Positions 21,085 to 31,289 are shown, numbered from the stretch's first letter. The stretch: 64,000 nucleotides of DNA from an uncultured delta proteobacterium (GCA_963745035.1 CAVUVW010000025.1:1-64000); one strand, 5' to 3'. Numbers and translations: made by a program. The notes: a model not told the origin generated them from the letters alone.

Positions 21085-22071
21085 ATGACAAATCGCAGCC
21101 TCTTACTCGTAGCGCTGATATTGGCGGCCTTCTTCGGTCTCGCTGGTGAAACGTTCGCCGCGGATAAGCTCCGAATTTCCTACTCCGCGGTCAACGCGAC
21201 GCAAGCCTTTCTCTGGGTCGCGCAGGACAAGGGCATATTCGCCAAGCACGGTCTCGAGGGCGAGCTGCTCTACATCAACAGCGGCACGATGAACATCGCC
21301 GCCCTCCTGGGCGGCAGCGTGCAAATCGCCGGCGGCGGCCCGGTCTCGATCGAAGCGCGACTGCGCGGCGTCAAGCTCACGATCCTCGGCAATCCCCTCC
21401 CTTGGCTGGCGTCCAACCTCGTCGCCCACACGGACATCAAGGGCGTCGCCGACCTTCCCGGCAAGATCGCCGGCATCTCACGCTTCGGCTCGTCCACCGA
21501 CCAGGGATTTCGTTATCTATTTCGGAAAAACGGCTTCAACGCGGACAAAGATTTGAAGATGCTGCAGATGGGCGGCGATGCCAGCCGGATCGGGGCGCTC
21601 AAGGCCGGCACGATCCAATACACTTTTCTCGGCGCCGCCGCGACCAATCAAGCCCGCGCCCAGGGCTTTCGCGTGCTGGCCACGGCCCAGCAGATGGCGA
21701 TCCCGTTTCCGTGGACATCCGTGGTCGTCGATGACAGTTGGCTCAGCAAGAACCGCGAGCTCGCCTATCGCTATCTCAAATGCAGCACCGAGGCGATCGT
21801 CAACTTGAAGCGCAACCGCGCCGACAGCGAGCGCATCATCGCCAAATACATGAAAATCAACGACCCCAAGCTCGTCGCCACCGAGTTCGATTTCGTCGCA
21901 TCGCTGATGCCGGACTACATTGCGCCGACTCTCGACGGCATCAAGCTCATCCTGGAAAACTTCGGCAAAGAATATCCCGACGCCCCGCGCCGCGACCCGA
22001 AAGAATTCGTCGACGGTTCGATCATCGAGAGACTCAAACAAGAGAAATTTGTCGAGGGACTGAAGTCCTGA
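21085..22071 (+). CDS. ABC substrate-binding protein, NMT1/SsuA type
   Basis: Signal peptide, LWVAQDKGIFAKHGL, GISRFGSSTD, FVDGSIIERL. Confidence 0.9.
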   Translation: MTNRSLLLVALILAAFFGLAGETFAADKLRISYSAVNATQAFLWVAQDKGIFAKHGLEGELLYINSGTMNIAALLGGSVQIAGGGPVSIEARLRGVKLTILGNPLPWLASNLVAHTDIKGVADLPGKIAGISRFGSSTDQGFRYLFRKNGFNADKDLKMLQMGGDASRIGALKAGTIQYTFLGAAATNQARAQGFRVLATAQQMAIPFPWTSVVVDDSWLSKNRELAYRYLKCSTEAIVNLKRNRADSERIIAKYMKINDPKLVATEFDFVASLMPDYIAPTLDGIKLILENFGKEYPDAPRRDPKEFVDGSIIERLKQEKFVEGLKS

Positions 22072-22122
22072 CCGGTGTAGACTGGAGCGGAAATCTCCGG
22101 GCAGACCGCGACGGTCTATCCC

Positions 22123-23196
22123 TCACAGCGCAAACAACTCCTTCGCGTTGTCGTAAGTAATCTTCTCATACTGCCGTGCCGTAATACCGCCTTGGCTCTT
22201 TAAATTGCGCAGCGCTTCGATCTCCGTCGATTGATCATTGTGGCCGTAGTCGGTGCCGATGACGAGGTTGTCTTCGCCTGAATATTTGATCACGTAGTCC
22301 ACGTCGTCGTCGGTTTGGCAGGAAACGAACTGGCGATATTCTTTGAGAAGGTTTTCCGGCAGCGCCCGGTTGATCGCGCCCCAGCGGCGCTGGAAGTCTT
22401 TGACCACGTAGGGAATCCACTGGGCGGCGGCTTCGGCCCAGTGAAAGCGCAGCTTGGGAAAAAGCCGCGGCACGTCGCTCATGACGACGGAGTGGAAGGC
22501 GCCGATGACCGGGATGCGAAACTTCCAGAAGCTGCCGCCGCCGTTATACTGCGAAACCAGATCGATCACGTACGGATTGGCATTGCCGACGTGTACGCCG
22601 ACCGCGAGATCGAGCCGGTTCATCTCTTCGTACAGAGGATAGAAATAAGGATCGGTGATCATGCGCTCGCCTTCGATGCCGCGCATGAACACGCCGCAGG
22701 CACCGTGCCTGGCGCAGAACTTGAGCTCTTCGAGCGCCGTGCTCATGTCGAGCAGCGGCAGCACGCAGATCCAGCGCAGCCGCCCCCGGCCTTGAGCGTG
22801 AATGTCGGCGAGCCAGCGGTTGTAGCCCTTGCTGATCGGAATTTCCCACTCGGGCTTGTCGGCGATCTGCTCGATGAACATGGTAGGATAAAGGACCTGA
22901 GTATCGATGCCGAGCTCGTCCATGTGCTTAAGCCGCGCCGGCACGTTCTCCATCTCGCGGGTTTCCTGCGCCGTGTTCATGTCGCGCCCTGTGCGCGTGG
23001 CAACGTCGGTGACTTGTTGTGCCGTCAAGACGATGCGCACCAGACCGCGAATCTTGCCGTCGATGTACCAGTATTCGCCGCCGCCTTCGCCGCGCGGCTT
23101 GACGATCAGCGGCCGGTATTTCTGGTCGGCCTTGTCGATGTAGTCCCAGGTGCGCTCCGATTCGACGACGTGAGCGTCGGCATCGATGGTGGCCAT
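22123..23196 (-). CDS. Amidohydrolase_2 family protein (decarboxylase/hydratase type)
   Basis: IDADAHVVE, MDELGIDTQVLYPT, YNRWLAD, VGVHVG, GTDYGH, NAKELF. Confidence 0.9.
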   Translation of the reverse strand: MATIDADAHVVESERTWDYIDKADQKYRPLIVKPRGEGGGEYWYIDGKIRGLVRIVLTAQQVTDVATRTGRDMNTAQETREMENVPARLKHMDELGIDTQVLYPTMFIEQIADKPEWEIPISKGYNRWLADIHAQGRGRLRWICVLPLLDMSTALEELKFCARHGACGVFMRGIEGERMITDPYFYPLYEEMNRLDLAVGVHVGNANPYVIDLVSQYNGGGSFWKFRIPVIGAFHSVVMSDVPRLFPKLRFHWAEAAAQWIPYVVKDFQRRWGAINRALPENLLKEYRQFVSCQTDDDVDYVIKYSGEDNLVIGTDYGHNDQSTEIEALRNLKSQGGITARQYEKITYDNAKELFAL

Positions 23197-23384
23197 GAAG
23201 CTTTCCTCCTATCGCTGGTTATCGTAGCGGCTGTCGTTCTCCACGCTTAAATCTTTCAGACCGAATATCAAAGCCTCCGGGCGCGTACAATAGACCATTT
23301 GCGGCGGAAAAGTACGATCGGCAAGAATCGGGGAATCCGCAAGCGTGTATCGACTCGCCGGCGCATGATATAAAGACAAGCATC

Positions 23385-24596
23385 ATGAACGACACGCAGT
23401 TCGCCGAGCTCGCCGCCTGGGTCACAGAGGCCGGCCTCGCCGGTCAATCTGAAACTGCGACCCTCGACGGATTCTGCGAGCGCGCCCTGGAGCTCGGGGT
23501 GCCACTGGCCCGCGCCAACGTCGTCATCGACACACTGCACCCGGTCTATGAAGGGCGGGCCTTCGTCTGGAAGCGCGCTACTCGAAACACTTCGCTGACC
23601 GAATTCGGCCGCGGCAACGTAAATCTCCAGCGCTGGGAGAACAGTCCCTACTTCTATCTCGAGCAGGTCGGCGAGTCGATGCTCAGACGGCGCCTCACGC
23701 AAGAAACCGAGAAGGAGTTTCCGATTTTTCCCGAGCTGCGCGCCGAGGGCATGACGGAATACGTGGCGATCATCAACCGCTTCGCCGCGGAAGGAATCGT
23801 CGGCGACATGGATTGTGTTTACTCGTCGTGGGCCACCGATGCGGCGGCGGGTTTTCGTGATGCCGATGTCGTCGATCTGGTCCGGCTCGCGCCGTTGCTC
23901 TCGCTTACGCTCAAAGCCGCGTCGCTTTCGCGCATCGCGGCTACCTTGGTCGAAACCTATCTCGGCCGCGACGCCGGCCGGCGCGTGCTCGAGGGCCGCA
24001 TCGCGCGCGGCGTCGCGGAGCAAATCGACGCCGCCATTTGGTTCAGCGACCTGCGCGGCTATACGCGGATCGCCGACACCGCAAAACCAGCGGAGATCAT
24101 TCCGCTGCTCAACGAATACGCCGACGCGATCATCTCGGCGATTCACGATTACGGCGGCGACGTGCTGAAGCTCATGGGCGATGGCGTGCTTGCGATATTC
24201 ACGGCGATCGAACGAACTCAGGCATGTGAAGCCGCGCTCACCGCCGCTGAAGACGCGCCGCGCCGCATCGCCGAGGTGAACCGGCGCAGAAGCGCGAATC
24301 GACTGCCGACGACGGAGCTGTATCTCGGGTTGCACGTCGGCGAAGTGTTTTACGGCAACATCGGCAGCGAGGAGCGGCTCGATTTCACCATCGTCGGCCC
24401 GGCCGTCAACGAGGTGAGTCGGATCGCGTCCATGTGCCGTTCCGTCGACCAGCCGCTGCTGGTTTCCTCCACCTTCGCGGACGCGCTCGGTGCTTCGAGA
24501 AATCGTTTGGTGTCGGTCGGGCGCTATGCGCTGCGTGGCGTCGGCCGGCCGCAGGATCTTTTTACGTTGGCGAACGATCCCGACGAGCACGACTAA
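23385..24596 (+). CDS. Adenylate/guanylate cyclase domain protein
   Basis: IWFSDLRGYT, GGDVLKLMGDGVLAIF, GLHVGEVFYGNIG, DFTIVGPAVNEVSR. Confidence 0.92.
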   Translation: MNDTQFAELAAWVTEAGLAGQSETATLDGFCERALELGVPLARANVVIDTLHPVYEGRAFVWKRATRNTSLTEFGRGNVNLQRWENSPYFYLEQVGESMLRRRLTQETEKEFPIFPELRAEGMTEYVAIINRFAAEGIVGDMDCVYSSWATDAAAGFRDADVVDLVRLAPLLSLTLKAASLSRIAATLVETYLGRDAGRRVLEGRIARGVAEQIDAAIWFSDLRGYTRIADTAKPAEIIPLLNEYADAIISAIHDYGGDVLKLMGDGVLAIFTAIERTQACEAALTAAEDAPRRIAEVNRRRSANRLPTTELYLGLHVGEVFYGNIGSEERLDFTIVGPAVNEVSRIASMCRSVDQPLLVSSTFADALGASRNRLVSVGRYALRGVGRPQDLFTLANDPDEHD

Positions 24597-24699
24597 ACCG
24601 GCGGATTCTTCCCACTCACGCGCGCTCGCCAGAAGCTGTGTCTTGTCTTTGAATCGCTGCACCAGCGCGCGCATTCCTGATGTTTTCCACTCTCGCGTG

Positions 24700-24865
24700 C
24701 GCAGCGATGACGCCAGCGATTATCTAGTGAAGGGCAACGTCGATCAGCGTTCAAAGCCAATTCGGCAAGGGCTCGACCTTCAGCATCACGATGCCTCGTT
24801 CCGTGTCGCGCTCGGAAAAGCCGACTCACGAGATGCATGACCCGCTCGTGTCGCGCGAGCTCTAA
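24700..24865 (+). pseudogene. Remnant of a hybrid response regulator/histidine kinase
   Basis: Receiver-like ASDYLVKGNVD abuts HATPase end ISVQSQFGKGSTFSITMPR in another frame. Confidence 0.5.
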
Positions 24866-25160
24866 ATCTTTTTCCCGCTCCGACCCGAAGAGCTCCCCGC
24901 AAGACGCGCGATCAGCGGTCCGCCACGATCGAAGCAGCCGGTCGCGCCGGCTCGCCCGGTCATCTAGTATTTTCGTCTGATGCGATGGGCTCTTTGGCGA
25001 TTTTCAGGCCCCGTTATGGACCATTTGGCCCATAGCGAAACGCCGCAGATCTGATATTTTTTTAACGTGCACAAACGATTTTGGCGAAACGAGTAAAAGG
25101 TCCGGCTCACGGCCGGCGCCAGCGCCGACCGAGGAGCCCTCGAGAAAGGAGCAATTCATC

Positions 25161-25469
25161 ATGCACCGACGATTTTTTTACAAGGTTGGCGCGCGCGCTT
25201 CGATTGTCGCGGCCGTGCTCTGCGCCGCCGCCGTAAACGTAGGCGCCGAAGGCACGGTGCGAAAAGTGAGCTCCGCGTCGGACGGCTACTGCCATCTAAA
25301 AATCCCGGCTCTGCGGCCGAGCACGCTCGCATCCGATGCGCCGGAGCTCAAAAGTGCGACGACGGGCGATGTCATCGATTTCTACGGCCCGTGCGACTAC
25401 GATCCAAAGAACAAAGAAGAGATCGCCGCGCAGAAGAGATACCGCAGCCGTCACTACGTGAAATTTTAG
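25161..25469 (+). CDS. Small secreted hypothetical protein with two Cys in the mature part
   Basis: AAGGAG RBS, signal peptide, YCHLKIPA...IDFYGPCDYDP. Confidence 0.75.
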   Translation: MHRRFFYKVGARASIVAAVLCAAAVNVGAEGTVRKVSSASDGYCHLKIPALRPSTLASDAPELKSATTGDVIDFYGPCDYDPKNKEEIAAQKRYRSRHYVKF

Positions 25470-25507
25470 GCGATCGGCTATTCAGAACGCGTAGCGCCGC
25501 GAGAAGC

Positions 25508-26500
25508 CTACCCTGCCATTCGCGAGAAAACTTTTTTCGCGTTGCCCTCGGTGATCTTCCGGCGGTCCTCTTCGGTCAGCCAATCGATCGACTGGAAGAT
25601 CGGCACGAGGTCCTCGAAGTTGCGGCCGGTCTTGGGATCGATGGCGTTGACCGCGCCGAACATCTCGGTGGCGAATAGAATATTGTCGGCGCCCACCCGC
25701 TTGATCAAAAGCTCCATCGACTCCTTGTCATAGATTGCCATGTCCCAATAGACCCGGCGCGCCGCCTCCTCGAACGGCTCGAGGCCTTCTTTCACATGCA
25801 TGCCGCGCTGGCGGTTCCATTGGTAGGGGATCGCGCCGCCGCCGTGCGGGATGATGATTTTCAGCTTGGGAAAATCTTTAAACACGCGCGACTTGAGCAG
25901 CTCGACCGCGGCCGAATTGTGATGCGCGATGTAATAGGCGTTGGTGAGATGCATCGCCGGATTGAGCGAAGCGCTGGCGTGGACCGTGCACGGCACATCC
26001 AGCTCGACGAGCTTTTCCCACAGCGGATACCACCACTCGCTGCCCATCGAAGGCGTCAACGGCTCTTTTCCCCCGGCCATGTCGGGATTGACGTTGCAGC
26101 CGATAAAGCCCAAGTCTTTCACGCAGCGATCGAGCTCGTCCACCCATTCCTTGGGTCCGACCCCGGGCGATTGCGGCAACTGGCAAACCGGCGAGATCTT
26201 GTCGGGAAACATCTTGGCGACCCGCGCGATCAGATCGTTGCACGCCTCGCTCCAGTAACGGCTGACCAGCGGCGAGCCGAAGTGGTGCCCCATCGCTCCT
26301 GCCTGCGGTGAAAAAAGCAAACGGTCGATCCCGGACTCTTCCATGCGCTTGAGCTGTCCTTGCATCGAGCGCGCCAGTTCTTCGTCGCTGATATTCAGCT
26401 TAGCGGGAATGGGCTTGCCGAGATTGGTGATCTGCTGGCCCCGATACGCCTGCAACTGCGCCGGCGCAGTGGTGAAATGGGTGTGGGCATCGATGATCAT
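25508..26500 (-). CDS. ligJ: 4-oxalomesaconate hydratase-like amidohydrolase
   Basis: MIIDAHTHFTTAP, MGHHFG, CNDLIARV, CQLPQSPG, IIPHGGGAIPY, LFATEMFGAV. Confidence 0.8.
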   Translation of the reverse strand: MIIDAHTHFTTAPAQLQAYRGQQITNLGKPIPAKLNISDEELARSMQGQLKRMEESGIDRLLFSPQAGAMGHHFGSPLVSRYWSEACNDLIARVAKMFPDKISPVCQLPQSPGVGPKEWVDELDRCVKDLGFIGCNVNPDMAGGKEPLTPSMGSEWWYPLWEKLVELDVPCTVHASASLNPAMHLTNAYYIAHHNSAAVELLKSRVFKDFPKLKIIIPHGGGAIPYQWNRQRGMHVKEGLEPFEEAARRVYWDMAIYDKESMELLIKRVGADNILFATEMFGAVNAIDPKTGRNFEDLVPIFQSIDWLTEEDRRKITEGNAKKVFSRMAG

Positions 26501-26527
26501 AGAGAACCTCCTACTGGCAGAATTAAA

Positions 26528-26621
26528 CTCGAAATCCGAATTTCGAAATCCGCACGCTCTGTTCAAACCTCGTTTACTTATTTGCCGTGAAAATTTCGAA
26601 ACACTGGTTTCGGATTTCGAG
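26528..26621. repeat. Heptamer-based palindromic intergenic element (CGAAATC/GATTTCG family)
   Basis: CTCGAAATCCGAA...TTCGGATTTCGAG inverted arms; second copy at 46968-47099. Confidence 0.7.
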
Positions 26622-26732
26622 CTCGAACTTGACCTGATATCCGTGATTGTCAGCACCAAGCCGCTTTGCTATAGCAATCTCCTACAGGTGTTCAAATCTC
26701 TGTGGCAAAACCGTTTCTTGATTTCTGACGAT

Positions 26733-26765
26733 TTGAACGGCTTGAACACTTTGAACGGTTTGAAC
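26733..26765 (+). repeat. Nonamer tandem repeat (TTGAACGGY)
   Basis: ttgaacggc ttgaacact ttgaacggt ttgaac; same family as 29299-29387. Confidence 0.7.
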
Positions 26766-26787
26766 AGACTCTCAAGGAGTTTAAGAT

Positions 26788-27651
26788 ATGCCAGACATAC
26801 CCCGCCTGAATGGCGTAATCAAAGCCCTGGAGCAGGGGCAAACCGCGTTCGTCGCGTTCACGCCGGTGGATGTCGAAAGCGCCGTCGCGATGGCCGGTTC
26901 GAAGCTCGACGGCGTCGCGTTCGAGATGGAGCACGCGCCCCTCGATTTTCCCGGCTTGCGCCAGGCGCTGCAATTCATGCTCGATCGCCGGCAGATCGTC
27001 GAGCGGGCGACCCTCGCTCCCGCGGTGACGCCGATGGTGCGCGTGCCGCCCAACGGCGGCGAAAAAAATCAATGGATCGCCAAGCAGGTGCTCGACATCG
27101 GCGTGTTCGGCATTATTTTCCCGCACGTGAGCACCGTCGAAGAGGCGTGGAACGCGGTCAGTGCCTGCCGTTACCCGCGCCTGCCGACGGCGCCGCTCTA
27201 CGATCCGCCCGGCATTCGCGGCGACGCGCCGGGGCGTGCGGCGCGCTACTGGGGCCTCACCCAGCAGGAATACTACAAACGCGCCGACGTCTGGCCGCTC
27301 GACCCGCAGGGTGAGATTCTCGTAGTCATCCAGTGCGAAGATACCCGCGCCATCGACAATCTGCCGAAGATTCTCAAAGAAGTGCCCGGTATCGGCGTGG
27401 TGTTGATCGGCGAAGGCGACCTGAGCCAGGAGCTTGGCCATCCGCGAGACTACGAGCATCCGGTTGTCTCCAAGGAGATCGATCGCATTCTCGCCATCTG
27501 CAAAGAGCGCGACGTTCCCTGCGGCCATCCCCACCCCGACGCGCACAACATCGAGCGCCTGGTCGCCTGCGGCTATCGCTTCTTGATGCCCTCGGCGCCG
27601 CGCTCCTTCGGAGTGTTGGAGCAAGGGCGCAAGCTGGCGGGCAGGAGCTAG
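26788..27651 (+). CDS. HpcH/HpaI aldolase family protein
   Basis: FEMEHAP, PMVRVP, KQVLDIGVFGIIFPHV, IQCED, IGEGDLS. Confidence 0.9.
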   Translation: MPDIPRLNGVIKALEQGQTAFVAFTPVDVESAVAMAGSKLDGVAFEMEHAPLDFPGLRQALQFMLDRRQIVERATLAPAVTPMVRVPPNGGEKNQWIAKQVLDIGVFGIIFPHVSTVEEAWNAVSACRYPRLPTAPLYDPPGIRGDAPGRAARYWGLTQQEYYKRADVWPLDPQGEILVVIQCEDTRAIDNLPKILKEVPGIGVVLIGEGDLSQELGHPRDYEHPVVSKEIDRILAICKERDVPCGHPHPDAHNIERLVACGYRFLMPSAPRSFGVLEQGRKLAGRS

Positions 27652-27676
27652 CGGCAGCGAAAGGACCGCACGTCTC

Positions 27677-29287
27677 ATGTCCAAATTTGCCGAATTCTGT
27701 TCCGTTTATTTTAAGAAATATTTCGAGCTTCATCCCACCGACGCGATCTACTACGGCATCGAAGGCTACGATCACTTGCTTAACGACTACTCCGATGAAA
27801 CCTACGCCGCCGAAAAACGCTTCGTCGAGGACTCGCTCTCCGCAATCCGAAAAATTCCGGCCGATGACCTGGACGCGGACCAGAAAATCGATCACGCGCT
27901 GCTCGAAGGAAAACTCACGATTCAGAGTTTCGAGCACGCCAAGGAAGATTACCGCCTGAAATGGCCCGACACCTATTCGCCGATCGATGCGATCTACATT
28001 CTGACGGTGCGCGCCACCAACGATCTGGCCGGCAATCTGTTGAGCCGTTTGCATGCGACACCCGCTCTCATCCGCCAAGGCGTCGCCAACTTGAGCCGCA
28101 AGGAGGCCAATCCGCCGAAGCTTTGGACCGAGATGGCGATCGAAGGCGCCAAAGGCGCAGTGAATTTCCTCGAAAACCTGCCGAATCATCCCAAAGTCAT
28201 CGGCGCGGCCATCGATCCGAGCGCGCTGCATGCCGCGATCGACGGAGCCAGGAGCGCCATCGGCGACTTCGGCGAATTTCTCGAGCGGGATGTGCTGCCG
28301 CGCAGCAACGGCGTCTACGCCGTGGGCCTGGAGCATTACAATCTCCTCCTCGGAAAAAAACATTTCCTCCACTACGACGCGGCGAGCCTGCTCCGCCTCG
28401 GCCAGGACCTCTTCGCGGAAGTCAAGCGCCAGTTGAGCGAAATTACCGCGGAGATTGCGCCGGGTAAAAGTATCGAAGAGGCGGCGCTATCGATCCAGGA
28501 GAATCATCCAGCGAGCGACGGCATTCTGGCCGCTTACCAAAAAGCCATGGAAGCTGCGCGTCAATTTGTGAGAGAGAAAGAACTGGTTTCTTTTCCGCCC
28601 AAAGAAGAGCTTCACGTGGTGCACACGCCGGAGTTTCGCCGTCATGAGATTCCCTTCGCCGCCTATTTATCGCCGTCGCCCAAAGACCCCAACCAGGTCG
28701 GCTACTACTATGTCACGCCGGTCGCCGACGATGAGCTGCTGCGCGAGCATAACTGGGTCGGCCTGGAGAACACCTCGGTGCACGAGAGCTATCCCGGACA
28801 TCATCTGCAATTCTCGGTCGCCAATTCTCTCCCCGCCGCCTCCACCCTGCCGCGGCTGATGAACGAGTCCTCCGTATTTTACGAAGGCTGGGCGCTTTAC
28901 TGCGAACAGCTCATGCAGGAGCAGGGATTTCTCAAAAGCCGGGAACATCGCTTCGTCATGCTCAAAGACCGACTCTGGCGCGCGCTCCGAATCATTATCG
29001 ACGTCAAAACTCAGACGGCAGGAATGACTTACGACGAAGCCGCCGATCTGATGGTGCGCGAGCTCCACTTTCCGCGCGCGCAAGCCTGCGGCGATTTGAA
29101 CTGGTACAGCCAGTCGCCGTCGGCGCCGATGGGCTACGCGCTCGGCTGGTCGATCATCAATCGCCTGCGCGACCAGGAACAGAAACGGCTCGGCAATGGA
29201 TTCAGCCTGCGCGACTTTCACGACAAGCTCCTCAGCGCCGGCAGCATCTCGCTACCGTTGGTCGAACTCAGACATTTCACGGAATGA
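27677..29287 (+). CDS. DUF885 family protein (putative metallopeptidase)
   Basis: HESYPGHHLQ, FYEGWALYCEQLM, FSLRDFHDKLLSAGS. Confidence 0.9.
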   Translation: MSKFAEFCSVYFKKYFELHPTDAIYYGIEGYDHLLNDYSDETYAAEKRFVEDSLSAIRKIPADDLDADQKIDHALLEGKLTIQSFEHAKEDYRLKWPDTYSPIDAIYILTVRATNDLAGNLLSRLHATPALIRQGVANLSRKEANPPKLWTEMAIEGAKGAVNFLENLPNHPKVIGAAIDPSALHAAIDGARSAIGDFGEFLERDVLPRSNGVYAVGLEHYNLLLGKKHFLHYDAASLLRLGQDLFAEVKRQLSEITAEIAPGKSIEEAALSIQENHPASDGILAAYQKAMEAARQFVREKELVSFPPKEELHVVHTPEFRRHEIPFAAYLSPSPKDPNQVGYYYVTPVADDELLREHNWVGLENTSVHESYPGHHLQFSVANSLPAASTLPRLMNESSVFYEGWALYCEQLMQEQGFLKSREHRFVMLKDRLWRALRIIIDVKTQTAGMTYDEAADLMVRELHFPRAQACGDLNWYSQSPSAPMGYALGWSIINRLRDQEQKRLGNGFSLRDFHDKLLSAGSISLPLVELRHFTE

Positions 29288-29298
29288 TCCGAAACAAC

Positions 29299-29387
29299 TT
29301 GAACGTTTTGAACGGCTTGAACGGCTTGAACCATGGGCCGCGCAGCTAATTTGGTTCAAAAAGTTCAAATCGTTCAAGTCGTTCAAA
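29299..29387. repeat. Nonamer-based inverted repeat element
   Basis: Four TTGAACNNN units followed by four NNGTTCAAN units forming a long hairpin. Confidence 0.75.
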
Positions 29388-29391
29388 ACGT

Positions 29392-30267
29392 ATGAAAACC
29401 AGGAATACACCGCGCGGCCCGCTTTTGGGCGCGCACATGTCCATCGCGGGCGGCGTCGGCAATGCTTTTCTCGAAGGCAAAAAAGTCGCCTGCGACGCGA
29501 TTCAGATTTTCACCAAGTCCTCGCGCCAATGGGCCTCCAAACCGTACACGAAGGAGGAGATCGAGCTGTTTCACATCAATCGCAAAGAGACCGGCATCGG
29601 CGCGGTCGTGGCGCACGACTCCTATCTGCTCAACATGGGCTCGCCCGACGCGGCGCTGCGCACGCGTTCGATCGCCGCGTTCGTCGACGAGCTGGAGCGC
29701 TGTGAAGTACTCGGCGTGAGCAACCTGATTGCTCATCCCGGCGCGCACGTCGGCGCAGGCGAATTGGACGGCATCAAGACCATCGCCAAGTCGCTGGATG
29801 ACATTCACAAAGCATGCCCCGGCTACCGCGCGAAAGTTACGCTTGAAATCACTGCCGGGCAGGGCTCCAATCTCGGCTACCGCTTCGAGCAGATCGCCAA
29901 CATGATCGACGCGACCAAAGAAAGCGACCGCCTGCGGGTCTGCTTCGACACCGAGCACGCGTTCGCCGCCGGCTACGACATGCGCACCCGAGACGGATAC
30001 GAGCGCACCTTCGCCGAGTTCGACGAGATCATCGGCATCAAGCTCCTCGCCGCGTTTCACCTCAACGATTCGAAGAAAGAATTCAACTCGCGCGTCGACC
30101 GCCATGAGCATATCGGCAAAGGCTTCATCGGCGTCGACGCCTTTCGCCTGTTGATGAACGACCAGCGCTTCTGGGGCTTGCCGATGTGTCTGGAGACTCC
30201 GAAAGGCCCGGACTTGAAGGAAGACCGCGAGAATCTCGAGCTGCTGCGCGGCTTGATCGAAGCATAG
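29392..30267 (+). CDS. nfo: Endonuclease IV (AP endonuclease)
   Basis: LGAHMSIAGG, QIFTK, HDSYLLN, HPG, LEITAGQG, CFDTEHAFAAGYD, HLNDSK, DRHEHIG, LETP. Confidence 0.96.
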   Translation: MKTRNTPRGPLLGAHMSIAGGVGNAFLEGKKVACDAIQIFTKSSRQWASKPYTKEEIELFHINRKETGIGAVVAHDSYLLNMGSPDAALRTRSIAAFVDELERCEVLGVSNLIAHPGAHVGAGELDGIKTIAKSLDDIHKACPGYRAKVTLEITAGQGSNLGYRFEQIANMIDATKESDRLRVCFDTEHAFAAGYDMRTRDGYERTFAEFDEIIGIKLLAAFHLNDSKKEFNSRVDRHEHIGKGFIGVDAFRLLMNDQRFWGLPMCLETPKGPDLKEDRENLELLRGLIEA

Positions 30268-30324
30268 ACGCCCTGCGTCAAGCCCCTTAGCTAGCGGAAG
30301 CCTTCCGTGTCATTTCGAGCGACA

Positions 30325-30450
30325 GACTGTGTGAAAACTCGCTCATGGTTCGACAGCGCTCACCACGAGCGGAATCACTTCTTGTGATATTACTTACTTA
30401 ACCGCTCACCCTGAGCCAGTCGAAGGGTTCTGCTAGAGTTTCACACAATC
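30325..30450. mobile_element. 126-bp MITE-like element nested inside a REP-like sequence
   Basis: Terminal inverted repeats GACTGTGTGAAAACTC / GAGTTTCACACAATC; internal TTCGAC..GCTCACC..GAGCGG / CCGCTCACCCTGAGCCAGTCGAA; splits GTCATTTCGAGCGACA|GCGAGAAATCT. Confidence 0.6.
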
Positions 30451-30542
30451 GCGCCAGCGAGAAATCTTTCTGAGGCCCCTCGCATGCGCGATGACAATCG
30501 TAGGATCGAATCTGTAAAATTTCTTTGTGCGCAGTTCCGGAA

Positions 30543-31272
30543 TCAGGCCGGGATCGCGATCCCGGGAAAGAAGTACTGAACGACCAGTCCGATGGCATAG
30601 CCTGCGGCGGCGGCGCTGACGGCGATCAGAAAAAATTTGATCCCCGACCGCAACGGCGACTGGCCGGCAAGGATGCCTTTGAACGCGCCGACGCCGAAGA
30701 GCGTCGCCCCGCCGAGCAAAGATGAAGCATAAAAAGCGTTGATTCCCGGCATGATGATGTACGGCACGATCGGAATAATCGCGCCCACGACAAAGGACAG
30801 CCCCATAATCATCGCGGCCTGCAGCGGGCGATTGATCTCGGCGCTGCCCAGGCCGAAGACTTTCTCCTGAAAGGTGCGCAGAAAAACATTGCGCTGCTGG
30901 ATCAGCACTTTGACCATCTGATAGCTCTGTTCCTTGCTGAGGCCTTCCTCGCCGAGTGCCTTGAGCAAACCTTCCGCCGCCATGTACGGCTCTCGCTCGG
31001 CGAGTTTTTCCGCTTCACCGATCTCACGGTCGAAGATTTCTTTCTGCGCGCCGGAGGAAAGATACGATCCGGCGGCCATCGAGATCGCTCCCGAAAACAT
31101 CGCCGGTGAGGCCGGTGATGATGACAACGATATTGTTTTCCGTGGCGCCCTGAACGCCCGCCAGCAGGCCGACGGTGCTGATCAAGCCGTCCTGGATGCC
31201 GAAAATGAACTCGCGAATACGCGCCCGGCTCTCGATGACTTGCTTTTTTTGCTGGATCTCGTCGAGGGACAT
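30543..31272 (-). CDS. VIT1/CCC1 family iron/manganese transporter; frameshift near 31110
   Basis: IREFIFGIQDGLIST, GAISMAAGSYLS, SFVVGAIIPIVPY. Confidence 0.9.
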
Positions 31273-31289
31273 GAATCGAAACTCGAAAG

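Noticed and set aside
26733-29387. TTGAAC/GTTCAA repeats as a CRISPR array
   Set aside because: Units are 9 nt, directly tandem or inverted, with no unique spacers and no cas genes
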